The position numbers and the translations under genes were made by a program. The notes under the pieces are model-generated. The model searched no databases and was not told where the DNA came from. It saw nothing but the letters and a program-made list of their open reading frames with translations. DNA of 64,000 nucleotides from an uncultured Eubacterium sp. (lineage in GTDB: Bacteria; Bacillota; Clostridia; Lachnospirales; Lachnospiraceae): NCBI GenBank assembly GCA_964579975.1, contig CAZOIF010000006.1, positions 6,925-70,924 on the forward strand. The letters are read 5' to 3'. Below, piece by piece: positions 39,262 through 48,418 of this stretch. Within the stretch, counting starts at the first letter, position 1. Each line of letters begins with the position of its first letter.

Positions 39262-39594
39262 ATGCCAATGAATGAAATTGAAGAGCTGAATAGACAGTTT
39301 ATCGCAGAACTCTCTCCGATAAAGATTTATTTGTTTGGTTCGTTTGCAAATGGAACGGATACAGAAGATAGTGATTTTGATTTTTATATTGTTGTACATG
39401 ATAACGTTTCCGATCTGGCAGGGGCAACAGCACAAGCATATCGGGCGATCCGAAGAGTTAAACGACGACCGGTAGACATTATTGTGGGAACAGAGAGCAG
39501 ATTCGAGAGGAGAAAAGAGATGCCTTCTGTGGAGAACGAAGTTTATAAAAAAGGAGTGCTGCTATATGGAGCAGATAATCAAGGAATGGCTTGA
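39262..39594 (+). CDS. Minimal nucleotidyltransferase (MNT)
   Basis: 110 aa; LFGSFA...SDFDF and VDIIV. Confidence 0.88.
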   Translation: MPMNEIEELNRQFIAELSPIKIYLFGSFANGTDTEDSDFDFYIVVHDNVSDLAGATAQAYRAIRRVKRRPVDIIVGTESRFERRKEMPSVENEVYKKGVLLYGADNQGMA

Positions 39595-39949
39595 TCTGGC
39601 TGAGATGGATTATGGAGTAGCCACTCATTTATTTGAAAATTATTTACCTAAACCACTTGAGATTATCTGTTATCATTGTCAACAAGGTGCTGAGAAAGCA
39701 GTTAAAGCAATCATCATAGCTAAGGATGTGCAGGGAGAAGGAGGCGTGCCGAAATCGCATGATTTATCTTTTCTTTTGGGACAGATAAAAAAATATGTGC
39801 AGATTGAAGAAAAATACTATGATTATGCGGATACATTGGCGCCTTATGGAGTTACGATCCGCTATCCGAGTGAATTGTTTTTAGAAGAACGACATGCCAA
39901 AGAGATGTTGATTTGGGCAAAAGAGGTGGTTGGGAAAGAACTTCTATGA
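39566..39949 (+). CDS. HEPN-domain protein
   Basis: EWLDLAEMD, YHCQQGAEKAVKA, KSHDL, IRYP; overlaps MNT; AAGGAG RBS. Confidence 0.88.
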   Translation: MEQIIKEWLDLAEMDYGVATHLFENYLPKPLEIICYHCQQGAEKAVKAIIIAKDVQGEGGVPKSHDLSFLLGQIKKYVQIEEKYYDYADTLAPYGVTIRYPSELFLEERHAKEMLIWAKEVVGKELL

Positions 39950-40035
39950 TTAGCATTTGATTATCAGGATAAATCACCTCATGCGATAAAGGTCATACTT
40001 TTGAAATCAAATCTACGATGGAAGTATCATATTGT

Positions 40036-40073
40036 AGGAAGAAATCTCCTCATGCGTGGGGAGATTTCTTCTT
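40036..40073. terminator. Bidirectional intrinsic terminator between HEPN and argH
   Basis: AGGAAGAAATCTCCTCA-tgcg-TGGGGAGATTTCTTCTT between convergent genes. Confidence 0.8.
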
Positions 40074-40082
40074 AATGTTCTT

Positions 40083-41456
40083 CTATTCCATCAAATACCT
40101 CTCATTGATCGCCAACACCTGCTCCATCGCCTGTGAACCGGGAGCTCCGATGGTGTTTCTTTTTTCTACACATGTAGTCATTGAAATGGCGTCATAAATA
40201 TCATTTTCAAATACCGGGCAGATTTTCTTGTATTCCTCTAACGGAAGTTCGTCCAGTGAAATATTTTTCTCAAGGCATGTGAGGACAAGCTGGCCGATAA
40301 TACCGTGTGCGTCACGGAAAGCCACGCCGTGGTTTACGAGATAGTCAGCGGCGTCAGTGGCATTGGTGAAACCGTTCTTTGCGCTGGCTTCCATCTGTTC
40401 TTTATTAAACTTCATCGTGGCGATCATGCCGTTAAAGAGGGAAATGCATCCCTTTACGGTGTCAATGGCGTCAAAAGTGAGTTCCTTATCTTCCTGCATG
40501 TCCTTATTATAAGCGAGCGGAATGCCCTTCATCGTCGTGAGAAGGGAGATCAGTGCGCCGTAGACACGGCCTGTTTTCCCGCGTACAAGCTCGGCGATGT
40601 CCGGGTTTTTTTTCTGTGGCATGATGCTGCTGCCGGTCGAATACGAATCGTCAATGTCCACGAACTGGTATTCATTCGAGTTCCACACGATGATCTCCTC
40701 ACAAAAGCGGCTCAGATGCATCATGATCGTGGAAAGTGCACTGAGGAGCTCGATGAGGTAATCGCGGTCGGAAACAGAGTCCATGCTGTTTAGTGTGGGG
40801 CCGTCAAAATTCAGGATCGACGCCGTGAGGTCACGGTCCAGAGGATATGTGGTCCCTGCCAGAGCGCCCGAGCCGAGTGGACAGTAGTTCATCCGGTCGT
40901 AGATATCGCGGAGCCTTCCACGGTCCCGGCGGAACATTTCAAAATACGCCCCGAAATGATGCGCCACTGTGACGGGCTGGGCTTTTTGCAGATGGGTAAA
41001 TCCCGGCATATAGGTTGAGACATTTTCTTTCATGATCGTATGAAGTGTCACAAGCAGTTCCTTCAGGAGGTCGTTCAGTTCAGCGATTTCATCCCTTGTG
41101 TAAAGCTTCATGTCAAGGGCTACCTGATCGTTCCGGCTGCGCCCGGTGTGGAGCTTTTTTCCGGGTTCGCCGATCCGGTCGATGAGGTTTGCTTCGACAA
41201 AACTGTGTATGTCTTCATGTTCTGTCCCAATCTCAAGCGCACCGCTTTCGATATCTTCCAGGATTCCTTTTAATCCATTAATGATCGCTGTCTTTTCATC
41301 TGGTGTCAGGATGCCCTGTTTTTCCAACATTGTCACATGGGCGATGCTGCCCAGGATATCCTGCTTGTAAAATTTTTGGTCATATGAAATCGATGCATTG
41401 AAATTGTGCACCAACTGGTTTGTTTCTTTTGTAAAACGTCCTCCCCAGAGTTTCAT
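40083..41456 (-). CDS. argH: Argininosuccinate lyase
   Basis: MKLWGGRF, HTGRSRNDQ, THLQKAQP, GSSIMPQKKNPD. Confidence 0.98.
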   Translation of the reverse strand: MKLWGGRFTKETNQLVHNFNASISYDQKFYKQDILGSIAHVTMLEKQGILTPDEKTAIINGLKGILEDIESGALEIGTEHEDIHSFVEANLIDRIGEPGKKLHTGRSRNDQVALDMKLYTRDEIAELNDLLKELLVTLHTIMKENVSTYMPGFTHLQKAQPVTVAHHFGAYFEMFRRDRGRLRDIYDRMNYCPLGSGALAGTTYPLDRDLTASILNFDGPTLNSMDSVSDRDYLIELLSALSTIMMHLSRFCEEIIVWNSNEYQFVDIDDSYSTGSSIMPQKKNPDIAELVRGKTGRVYGALISLLTTMKGIPLAYNKDMQEDKELTFDAIDTVKGCISLFNGMIATMKFNKEQMEASAKNGFTNATDAADYLVNHGVAFRDAHGIIGQLVLTCLEKNISLDELPLEEYKKICPVFENDIYDAISMTTCVEKRNTIGAPGSQAMEQVLAINERYLME

Positions 41457-41501
41457 GTCAGTTACCCTCCATTCCTGCATGTTGTTTTCGTAACAATCTT
41501 A

Positions 41502-42089
41502 TTATTTGAGAGAATAGGTAATACTCTCGTCTCCCACACTGAATTTGAGTGTCAGATCTTTCTTGGATTTAACGGTTTTTTTAGGAACTTCAAACACGAT
41601 GACTCCATTTTCTTTTGTAAGAGGTTGTATGGATTTTGTCGTTAAGTCCTTGTCATAGCCGATCAATTCAGTAGCGGAATACTCATACTCATTCTGGTAA
41701 TATAATGTGGCAACAACGGCTTTGTCTTTTGTGCCAAACCGGGGAAGAAACGTTGCAGCTTTTGATCCCTTGTTTTCGGTAGACATGGAAATCACCAAAA
41801 AGGAATTGCCTTTGCCAGGCTCAAAATACCGGTAACTCCCATTTTTAATCTTCTGTTTGACAGAAGCTTTTTTTACATTGATTTTCCAATCGCCGACCGA
41901 ACTTTTTTCTCCTAATGAAAGAACCGGCTCTTCCGGAACGGGTGTCTCAGTTGGGGCAGATGCTTCCGTATTGGCAGGTGTGGATTGTGCCGCAGGTGAT
42001 AATGTATCTGTCACCTGGTTTGAAGAAGAACATCCGGTAGTCAGTACGAATGTCGCACACATAACGAATATTAATGCCTTTTTTTTCAT
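41502..42089 (-). CDS. Lipoprotein (DUF4352-like)
   Basis: MKKK...LTTGC lipobox, Pro/Thr linker, GVIVFEVP. Confidence 0.75.
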   Translation of the reverse strand: MKKKALIFVMCATFVLTTGCSSSNQVTDTLSPAAQSTPANTEASAPTETPVPEEPVLSLGEKSSVGDWKINVKKASVKQKIKNGSYRYFEPGKGNSFLVISMSTENKGSKAATFLPRFGTKDKAVVATLYYQNEYEYSATELIGYDKDLTTKSIQPLTKENGVIVFEVPKKTVKSKKDLTLKFSVGDESITYSLK

Positions 42090-42187
42090 TTTAAAATCCT
42101 CCAGTCTTTTATGCAAATATCTTTTTGTATTTCACACAATAGGATATACGAAATGGCGAAAATTTTCAAGAGTAAAGTGATTAAACC

Positions 42188-42215
42188 TTGTAAATATAAC
42201 GGGTTATGTTATAAT
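42188..42215 (+). promoter_or_regulatory. sigma-A promoter (extended -10)
   Basis: TTGTAA-16 bp-TATAAT with a TG motif. Confidence 0.65.
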
Positions 42216-42293
42216 AAAGTAAGTGAATTGTGTGTGGCGGATGTCTGCCGGCAGAAAAGAGAAAGGCGCACAGCGTGTGCGGACGGGGGATGG

Positions 42294-43148
42294 ATGAAAA
42301 AGTTAAAATCAATCGGTTTTGGGGTGATATATGTCCTGATACCGTTTGCCGTTAATATCATAATAAGCATCGTGTGTGCGGTCCAGATGAGGATTATGAA
42401 GTTCACCGGACAGATGGAGATCGCCGGTCAGGTATATGATAAATTCACGAAGGATTACGGATATCGGCTTATACTGGTTACGTTAGTCAATCTTGTTATT
42501 ATAGCAGGTGTGGGGCTTTGGTATTATTTTATCCGCATGCGCAGGGATCGCTCACCGGTTGACTACCGGAAGATCCTTTCACCGGGAACGATCGGAATGA
42601 TGGTGGGGACAGCGCTTTGTGCCCAGTTTGCCTGTGCGATCGTTTTACAAGTTTTTGCCAGGGCATTTCCGGGTGTCTATGAAAATTATCAGAAGGCGAT
42701 GGAAATATCTGATATCAGTGTGCTTCCTGCATGGGCGACATTACTTATCGTGGCCGTGTGGGCGCCGCTTGCGGAAGAACTGGTTTTCCGGGCGATGCTG
42801 TTTCGGACGCTCCGAAAAGGTTTTTGCTTCTGGGGCGCAGCCCTGATCTCAGGTGCGGTATTTGGCATTTATCACATGAATCTGGTTCAAGGAATTTATG
42901 CCGGGCTTCTCGGGGTTCTGCTTGCCTGGTTTTATGAAAAGACGAATTCGCTCCTTGGCTGTTATCTGTTCCATTTTTTGTTTAATCTGCTTAATTATGC
43001 GATGTCTGCGGCGCAGGAAAGGATGCCACTGATTTTGGCCGGATTATTTTCTCTGTTTATGATAGTCGCATCGATTCCGGGACTGGTTGTTTTACTACGG
43101 TGCTTTGCGAAGAAATTCAGGGCGGGGACGGATGAAGATAATGGTTGA
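42294..43148 (+). CDS. CPBP (CAAX/Abi) family intramembrane metalloprotease
   Basis: APLAEELVFR, FGIYH, FHFLFN. Confidence 0.9.
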   Translation: MKKLKSIGFGVIYVLIPFAVNIIISIVCAVQMRIMKFTGQMEIAGQVYDKFTKDYGYRLILVTLVNLVIIAGVGLWYYFIRMRRDRSPVDYRKILSPGTIGMMVGTALCAQFACAIVLQVFARAFPGVYENYQKAMEISDISVLPAWATLLIVAVWAPLAEELVFRAMLFRTLRKGFCFWGAALISGAVFGIYHMNLVQGIYAGLLGVLLAWFYEKTNSLLGCYLFHFLFNLLNYAMSAAQERMPLILAGLFSLFMIVASIPGLVVLLRCFAKKFRAGTDEDNG

Positions 43149-43184
43149 GGATACTGCAGTTAGAAATTAGAAAGGAGAAATTTT

Positions 43185-43898
43185 ATGAAACAAAATCGTA
43201 TCTTATGTATGGTAGTCATTGGATTCCTGGCAGCAGGAATAGCGATTTTGTCGTGTCATCCGGAATCGGCTGAGGCGGCAAAGAAAATTACAGCACAGAA
43301 CATTTCCGTTCAAAAAGGGAAATCTTATAAGCTGGATGATTTCCTGAAACTGGTTGCGACAAGCAATTCTGATGCCGGAGATCTCCGGTCGAACATAAAA
43401 AAGGGAACAGAATATACTGTGTCCGGGAAAGGATTGCAGCTAACCAAGCGGACTTTCAAGGGAAAAAAGGTGGGCAAATATACGCTCAAGATCAAAACAA
43501 AGAAGAAAACCTATGTGTTTCCACTCTGTGTAGTTGATAAAACTTATAAGCTGCAGGCGGATCAAGTTGCACGCATTGAGATATCATCTTATCAGACACC
43601 GCCGCCGGTGGCAAAAGAGTTCAATACACCAGAACAGATTAATCAGTTTGTGGCTAAGGTAAATGAGGCAAAATTTACCTTTACGCTTCCAAAGACATTA
43701 TTTAAGAATACCGGCTTTGTCGGATATCGTGTCGTGCTATATGCCAGTGACGGAACACAGATGGCAATGTGGTGGCTGACAGAAAGCGGATTTGAGGAAC
43801 CGCATACGAATGAAAAGAATAATGCGGAGCGAAATTATACTTCCACACAGGCAAAAGCGTTTTATCAATACATTGAAGCGTTATATCAGAACGCGTAA
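43185..43898 (+). CDS. Secreted hypothetical protein
   Basis: Signal peptide ending AEA; Lys-rich, Ig-like-looking N-terminal half; strong RBS. Confidence 0.7.
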   Translation: MKQNRILCMVVIGFLAAGIAILSCHPESAEAAKKITAQNISVQKGKSYKLDDFLKLVATSNSDAGDLRSNIKKGTEYTVSGKGLQLTKRTFKGKKVGKYTLKIKTKKKTYVFPLCVVDKTYKLQADQVARIEISSYQTPPPVAKEFNTPEQINQFVAKVNEAKFTFTLPKTLFKNTGFVGYRVVLYASDGTQMAMWWLTESGFEEPHTNEKNNAERNYTSTQAKAFYQYIEALYQNA

Positions 43899-43905
43899 GC
43901 GAATT

Positions 43906-43937
43906 AGAGGTGCGTGCTTTTTGGCCGCACCTTTTTT
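43906..43937 (+). terminator. Intrinsic terminator
   Basis: AGGTGCG...CGCACCT followed by a T run. Confidence 0.75.
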
Positions 43938-43948
43938 ATGGAAAAAAG

Positions 43949-44010
43949 TTTTAGGGCAATCGCTTAAAATTACCCCTGATCATGGGTGATTTTAAGCGAT
44001 TGCCCTGAAA
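43949..44010. repeat. Near-perfect 62-bp palindrome
   Basis: 27-bp arms 43949-43975/43984-44010 with two G.T pairs; central TGATCA. Confidence 0.9.
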
Positions 44011-44025
44011 AAGTTTTTGTATCAG

Positions 44026-44054
44026 TTGCAAAAAAGAAAAATTTCCTGTATAAT
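44026..44054 (+). promoter_or_regulatory. sigma-A promoter
   Basis: TTGCAA-17 bp-TATAAT. Confidence 0.75.
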
Positions 44055-44107
44055 TATGATGTTATCGTCTGCAAAGCAGACAAGCACAGGCTTCAGGAGG
44101 TGGAGAC

Positions 44108-44986
44108 GTGGCTCTCACAGTAAACGATATATCTGCATATGGGCAGTTGGGAATGGATACCAAAAAGGCGGCGAAGGGAAAGACTTCGATTACGCCGTTT
44201 TCTGATATTTTGAAATACGAAGAGAAGCAGATTTCCAAGGAGAAAAAAGCAACGGAAACTTCTTCCGGCGGAAAATCTTCTGCGGGAACAGTTTCGGCAG
44301 GAAGTCAGGCGGCCGGGAACGTATCTGTGACAAATGGAACGACCGGGACGGTAAATGCAAATGGTTCTCTTACAACGACTCTGGATGATATATTCCGGAG
44401 AGCTTCTGAAAAATATGGTGTTTCCTATGACTTTCTCGTAGCAGTGGCGAAAGCGGAGTCGGACTTTAATCCGAACTGTGTGTCGTCTGCCGGGGCAAAG
44501 GGGATCATGCAGATCATGCCCGAGGAGGCGAAAGAACTGGGAATCAGCGATGTGTTTGATGCGGAGCAGAATATCATGGGAGCGGCCAAACTTCTGGCGG
44601 CACACCTGGAAAAATTTGACGGAGATACAACACTGGCGGCGGCCGCATACAATGCGGGAAGTGGCAGGGTGAAACAATATGGAGGAGTTCCTCCTTTTAA
44701 AGAGACGCAGAATTATGTGAAAAAAATCGCCTCTTATCTGGAAAGCGGAGTGAGTGTGCCGGATAAAACCCTCACGGTGACGCCAAATAAGCTGAGCGGG
44801 GATGTGACGAAGAGTCAGGGGACGGCCTCTTCCAATGGAATACCGGCTGGCCTGAATGCGGTAGCCGCGACAGAGGAAGAACTGAATAACAGTATGGTAG
44901 TCGTGGGGACGGGAGATGCCGCTGTTACGATGACATATGGAGCATACCAGAGGTATCTCGAACTCGGAAGCCTTGGCGTCGGATGA
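44108..44986 (+). CDS. Lytic transglycosylase (SLT domain)
   Basis: AESDFN, GAKGIMQIMP, AYNAG, ETQNYV; GTG start with AGGAGG RBS. Confidence 0.9.
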   Translation: MALTVNDISAYGQLGMDTKKAAKGKTSITPFSDILKYEEKQISKEKKATETSSGGKSSAGTVSAGSQAAGNVSVTNGTTGTVNANGSLTTTLDDIFRRASEKYGVSYDFLVAVAKAESDFNPNCVSSAGAKGIMQIMPEEAKELGISDVFDAEQNIMGAAKLLAAHLEKFDGDTTLAAAAYNAGSGRVKQYGGVPPFKETQNYVKKIASYLESGVSVPDKTLTVTPNKLSGDVTKSQGTASSNGIPAGLNAVAATEEELNNSMVVVGTGDAAVTMTYGAYQRYLELGSLGVG

Positions 44987-45091
44987 CAGGATCCGGCAGG
45001 GAAAATGGCCTGGCGCCATCTGGTTAAAAAAGAAAATCGATATTAATTTATAAAAATAGCAAAAAGGAATGAATAGAAGGAGACTTGTAAA

Positions 45092-46636
45092 ATGAGTAAA
45101 AAACCTACCGTACTGATGATCTTAGATGGATATGGACTGAATGAAAATGCAGAGGGGAATGCGGTCGCGCAGGCAAAAACGCCTGTGATGGATAAACTGA
45201 TGGCAGAGTGCCCGTTTGTAAAGGGAAATGCCAGTGGAATGGCCGTTGGACTCCCGGATGGACAGATGGGAAACTCAGAGGTCGGGCATCTGAATATGGG
45301 AGCCGGACGCATTGTCTATCAGGAGCTGACGAGGATCACAAAAGAGATCGAGGACGGTGTGTTTTTTGAAAATGAAGCATTTTTAAAGGCAGTGGAAAAC
45401 TGTAAGAAAAACCAGTCGGATCTGCATCTGTTCGGGCTTTTGTCGGACGGTGGAGTGCACAGCCATAATACACATATGTATGCCTTACTAGAGCTTGCAA
45501 AGCGAAACGGCATCGAAAATGTTTATCTCCATGCTTTTCTTGATGGGCGTGATACACCGCCGGCATCCGGAAAAGATTTTGTGAAAGCAGCCATGGACAA
45601 GATGGAGGAGATCGGAGTCGGACAGGTGGCTACCGTTATGGGGCGTTATTATGTTATGGACCGTGATAACCGTTGGGACCGCGTCCAGAAGGCATATGAT
45701 GCTCTTGTTCTGGGACAGGGCGAGACGGCCGAGTGTGGCGTCTGTGCGGTCCAGCAGTCCTATGATAAAGATGAGACAGACGAGTTTGTTCTGCCTACGG
45801 TGATCGTAAAAGACGGAAAGCCGGTAGCGACAGTGAAAGAAAATGATTCGGTGATCTTTTATAATTTCAGGCCGGACCGGGCCAGAGAGATCACAAGAGC
45901 ATTTTGTGATGATAAATTCGAAGGATTTGAGAGAGCAAAGGGATTTTTCCCGCTGACATTCGTGGCATTTACCGAATATGATGTGACGATCCCGAATAAG
46001 CTCGTGGCATTCCATAAGGTGGAGATCAATAATACATTTGGTGAGTTTCTTGCGAAAAACGGGTTAAAGCAGCTTCGTACGGCAGAGACCGAAAAATATG
46101 CCCATGTTACATTCTTCTTCAATGGCGGCGTTGAGGAGCCAAACGAAGGAGAGGAGAGGCTTCTTGTGAATTCTCCGAAAGTGGCGACGTATGACCTGCA
46201 GCCGGAGATGAGTGCTTATAAAGTCTGCGAGGGACTTGTGGAGGCGATCCATTCAGACAAGTACGATGTGATCATCGTGAATTTTGCTAATCCGGATATG
46301 GTCGGACATACCGGAGTGGAGGCGGCTGCGATCCAGGCGATCGAGGCGGTGGATGAGTGTGTCGGCAAAGTGGTCGCTGCCATTAAGGAAGAGGATGGCC
46401 AGATGTTTATCTGTGCAGATCATGGAAATGCGGAGCAGCTGATCGATTACGAAACAAAAGATCCGTTTACGGCGCATACGATTAATCCGGTACCATTTAT
46501 CCTTGTGAATTACGATGAGGGATACACGCTGAGAGAGGGCGGATGTCTTGCAGATATCGCACCAACCCTGATCGAAATGATGGGACTTACGCAGCCAGAG
46601 GAAATGACAGGCAAATCATTGCTGATCCGGAAATAG
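45092..46636 (+). CDS. gpmI: 2,3-bisphosphoglycerate-independent phosphoglycerate mutase
   Basis: ILDGYG, MGNSEVGH, SDGGVHSH, DGRD, NPDMVGH, ADHGN. Confidence 0.98.
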   Translation: MSKKPTVLMILDGYGLNENAEGNAVAQAKTPVMDKLMAECPFVKGNASGMAVGLPDGQMGNSEVGHLNMGAGRIVYQELTRITKEIEDGVFFENEAFLKAVENCKKNQSDLHLFGLLSDGGVHSHNTHMYALLELAKRNGIENVYLHAFLDGRDTPPASGKDFVKAAMDKMEEIGVGQVATVMGRYYVMDRDNRWDRVQKAYDALVLGQGETAECGVCAVQQSYDKDETDEFVLPTVIVKDGKPVATVKENDSVIFYNFRPDRAREITRAFCDDKFEGFERAKGFFPLTFVAFTEYDVTIPNKLVAFHKVEINNTFGEFLAKNGLKQLRTAETEKYAHVTFFFNGGVEEPNEGEERLLVNSPKVATYDLQPEMSAYKVCEGLVEAIHSDKYDVIIVNFANPDMVGHTGVEAAAIQAIEAVDECVGKVVAAIKEEDGQMFICADHGNAEQLIDYETKDPFTAHTINPVPFILVNYDEGYTLREGGCLADIAPTLIEMMGLTQPEEMTGKSLLIRK

Positions 46637-46720
46637 TAAAATAGTTATTAAGAGGTATTGGAAAAAAGATGGGGAATTCCAGGATTTCTTATAAATAAAA
46701 TACATGAGGAGGATAATGAA

Positions 46721-47173
46721 ATGAAAGTAAATTGGATTGCAGGAATCGTAGGAGCTTTGATCGGAGTCGTGATCGGAGTAGCTGCGTGGGTAGGTATTTA
46801 TCAGCTTGGTTATATCGCAGGGATCGCAGGTTTTATCATGCTCATCTGTTCCATCAAGGGATTTGAGATGTTAGGAGGCGGTCTGAATATACCGGCGATC
46901 ATCATATGTGTCGTTCTCGACCTCGGTGCTGTATATTTTGCACATAATATTGCGATCGCTGTCAGCATCATGCAGGAACTGGATGGATACTCGTTTACGT
47001 CAGCCTATAAATACATTCCGTATCTGCTTGAGTACCCAGAATTTGCAGAAGCTTATTATAAGGATCTGATGATGGGATATGGTCTTACACTGGTTGCGAT
47101 CATTCCGTCCATTATCAATTATATTAAAGGAAACCGCCAAAAGGTGGAGGATGGGAATGACCTCTTCTCATAA
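46721..47173 (+). CDS. Small membrane protein of unknown function
   Basis: Gly-rich TM helices; GAGGAGG RBS. Confidence 0.7.
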   Translation: MKVNWIAGIVGALIGVVIGVAAWVGIYQLGYIAGIAGFIMLICSIKGFEMLGGGLNIPAIIICVVLDLGAVYFAHNIAIAVSIMQELDGYSFTSAYKYIPYLLEYPEFAEAYYKDLMMGYGLTLVAIIPSIINYIKGNRQKVEDGNDLFS

Positions 47174-47233
47174 AACTGAGGTCATCCGGTCAGCGATGCT
47201 GCCGGGTGAAACAGAATCGGATGATTATGATCA

Positions 47234-47258
47234 GAAAGCCCTGTGTGACAGGGCTTTT
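47234..47258 (+). terminator. Intrinsic terminator
   Basis: AAAGCCCTGT-gtg-ACAGGGCTTTT. Confidence 0.75.
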
Positions 47259-47302
47259 CGAATTTATGAAAGTAGCCTATCAGAAAGTGTGGACGAAGCG
47301 CT

Positions 47303-48418
47303 ATGAAAAAAGAGTTGATCGACCGCCTGTTGCAGGACGGAATCTTAAAAAAAGAAGAATTTGTAAGTCTTTTGTCAGAGATGACAGCAGAAGACAGGGA
47401 ATATGCGGCGGGGAAGGCAGCTGGCATCGCAAAAAAATATTATGGAAATAAAATCTATGTCAGGGGATTGATCGAATTTACCAATATATGCCGGAATGAC
47501 TGCTATTACTGCGGGATCCGGCGAAGTAATCCGAACGTATGCCGTTACCGTCTGGACAAAGAGGAAATCCTTCTCTGCTGCAAAGAGGGCTACCGGCTCG
47601 GATTCCGCACCTTTGTCCTTCAGGGGGGAGAGGATGGGGCGTTTACGGATGAGGTGTTAACAGACATCGTGAAAGAGATAAAAAAGGAGTACCCCGATTG
47701 TGCGGTTACGTTGTCAGTGGGAGAGCGGAGCAAAGAGAGCTACCGGATATTGAAAGAGGCGGGAGCTGACCGGTATCTTCTTCGTCACGAGACTGCAGAT
47801 CCTGCGCATTATGAAAAGCTTCACCCGCCGGAGTTGTCTTTTGTGCACCGGAGAGACTGCATCAGGGAATTAAAAGAGCTTGGCTATCAGACAGGGTGTG
47901 GTTTCATGGTGGGGTCGCCATATCAGACGTATGAAACGCTGGCGGAAGATTTTCTCTATATTCATGAGATCCGGCCGGAGATGGTCGGGATCGGACCGTT
48001 CCTTCCCCAGAAGGATACACCGTTTCGCAAGGAAGCACTGGACAAAAGAATGCAGGAGGGTGAGGATATCGGGCTTGCAAAGTTGTCCGCAAAGGAGAAA
48101 ATGAACCTGACTGTTTTTTTGCTGAGCCTTATCCGGATCATGGAGAAGGACATTCTTCTTCCGGCGACGACAGCGCTGGCGACGATCGATACAGAAGGAA
48201 GAAAACAGGGAGTGCTTGCGGGGGCAAATGTTATCATGCCAAATCTTTCACCGCTGTCTGTCCGCGACCATTATACGCTTTATGACAACAAGGCAAATAA
48301 AGGGGATGAAGCGGCGGAGGGACGAAAAAAGCTGGAGGAAGAAATGGCTTCCATCGGCTATGAAGTAGTGACAGGCATTGGAAATGTATGCAGAAAAGGA
48401 GACTGGAAAAATGGCTGA
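47303..48418 (+). CDS. hydE: Radical SAM protein, [FeFe]-hydrogenase maturase HydE-like
   Basis: CRNDCYYC, VLQGGED, LLRHETA, PATTA, ANVIMPN, YTLYDNK. Confidence 0.85.
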   Translation: MKKELIDRLLQDGILKKEEFVSLLSEMTAEDREYAAGKAAGIAKKYYGNKIYVRGLIEFTNICRNDCYYCGIRRSNPNVCRYRLDKEEILLCCKEGYRLGFRTFVLQGGEDGAFTDEVLTDIVKEIKKEYPDCAVTLSVGERSKESYRILKEAGADRYLLRHETADPAHYEKLHPPELSFVHRRDCIRELKELGYQTGCGFMVGSPYQTYETLAEDFLYIHEIRPEMVGIGPFLPQKDTPFRKEALDKRMQEGEDIGLAKLSAKEKMNLTVFLLSLIRIMEKDILLPATTALATIDTEGRKQGVLAGANVIMPNLSPLSVRDHYTLYDNKANKGDEAAEGRKKLEEEMASIGYEVVTGIGNVCRKGDWKNG

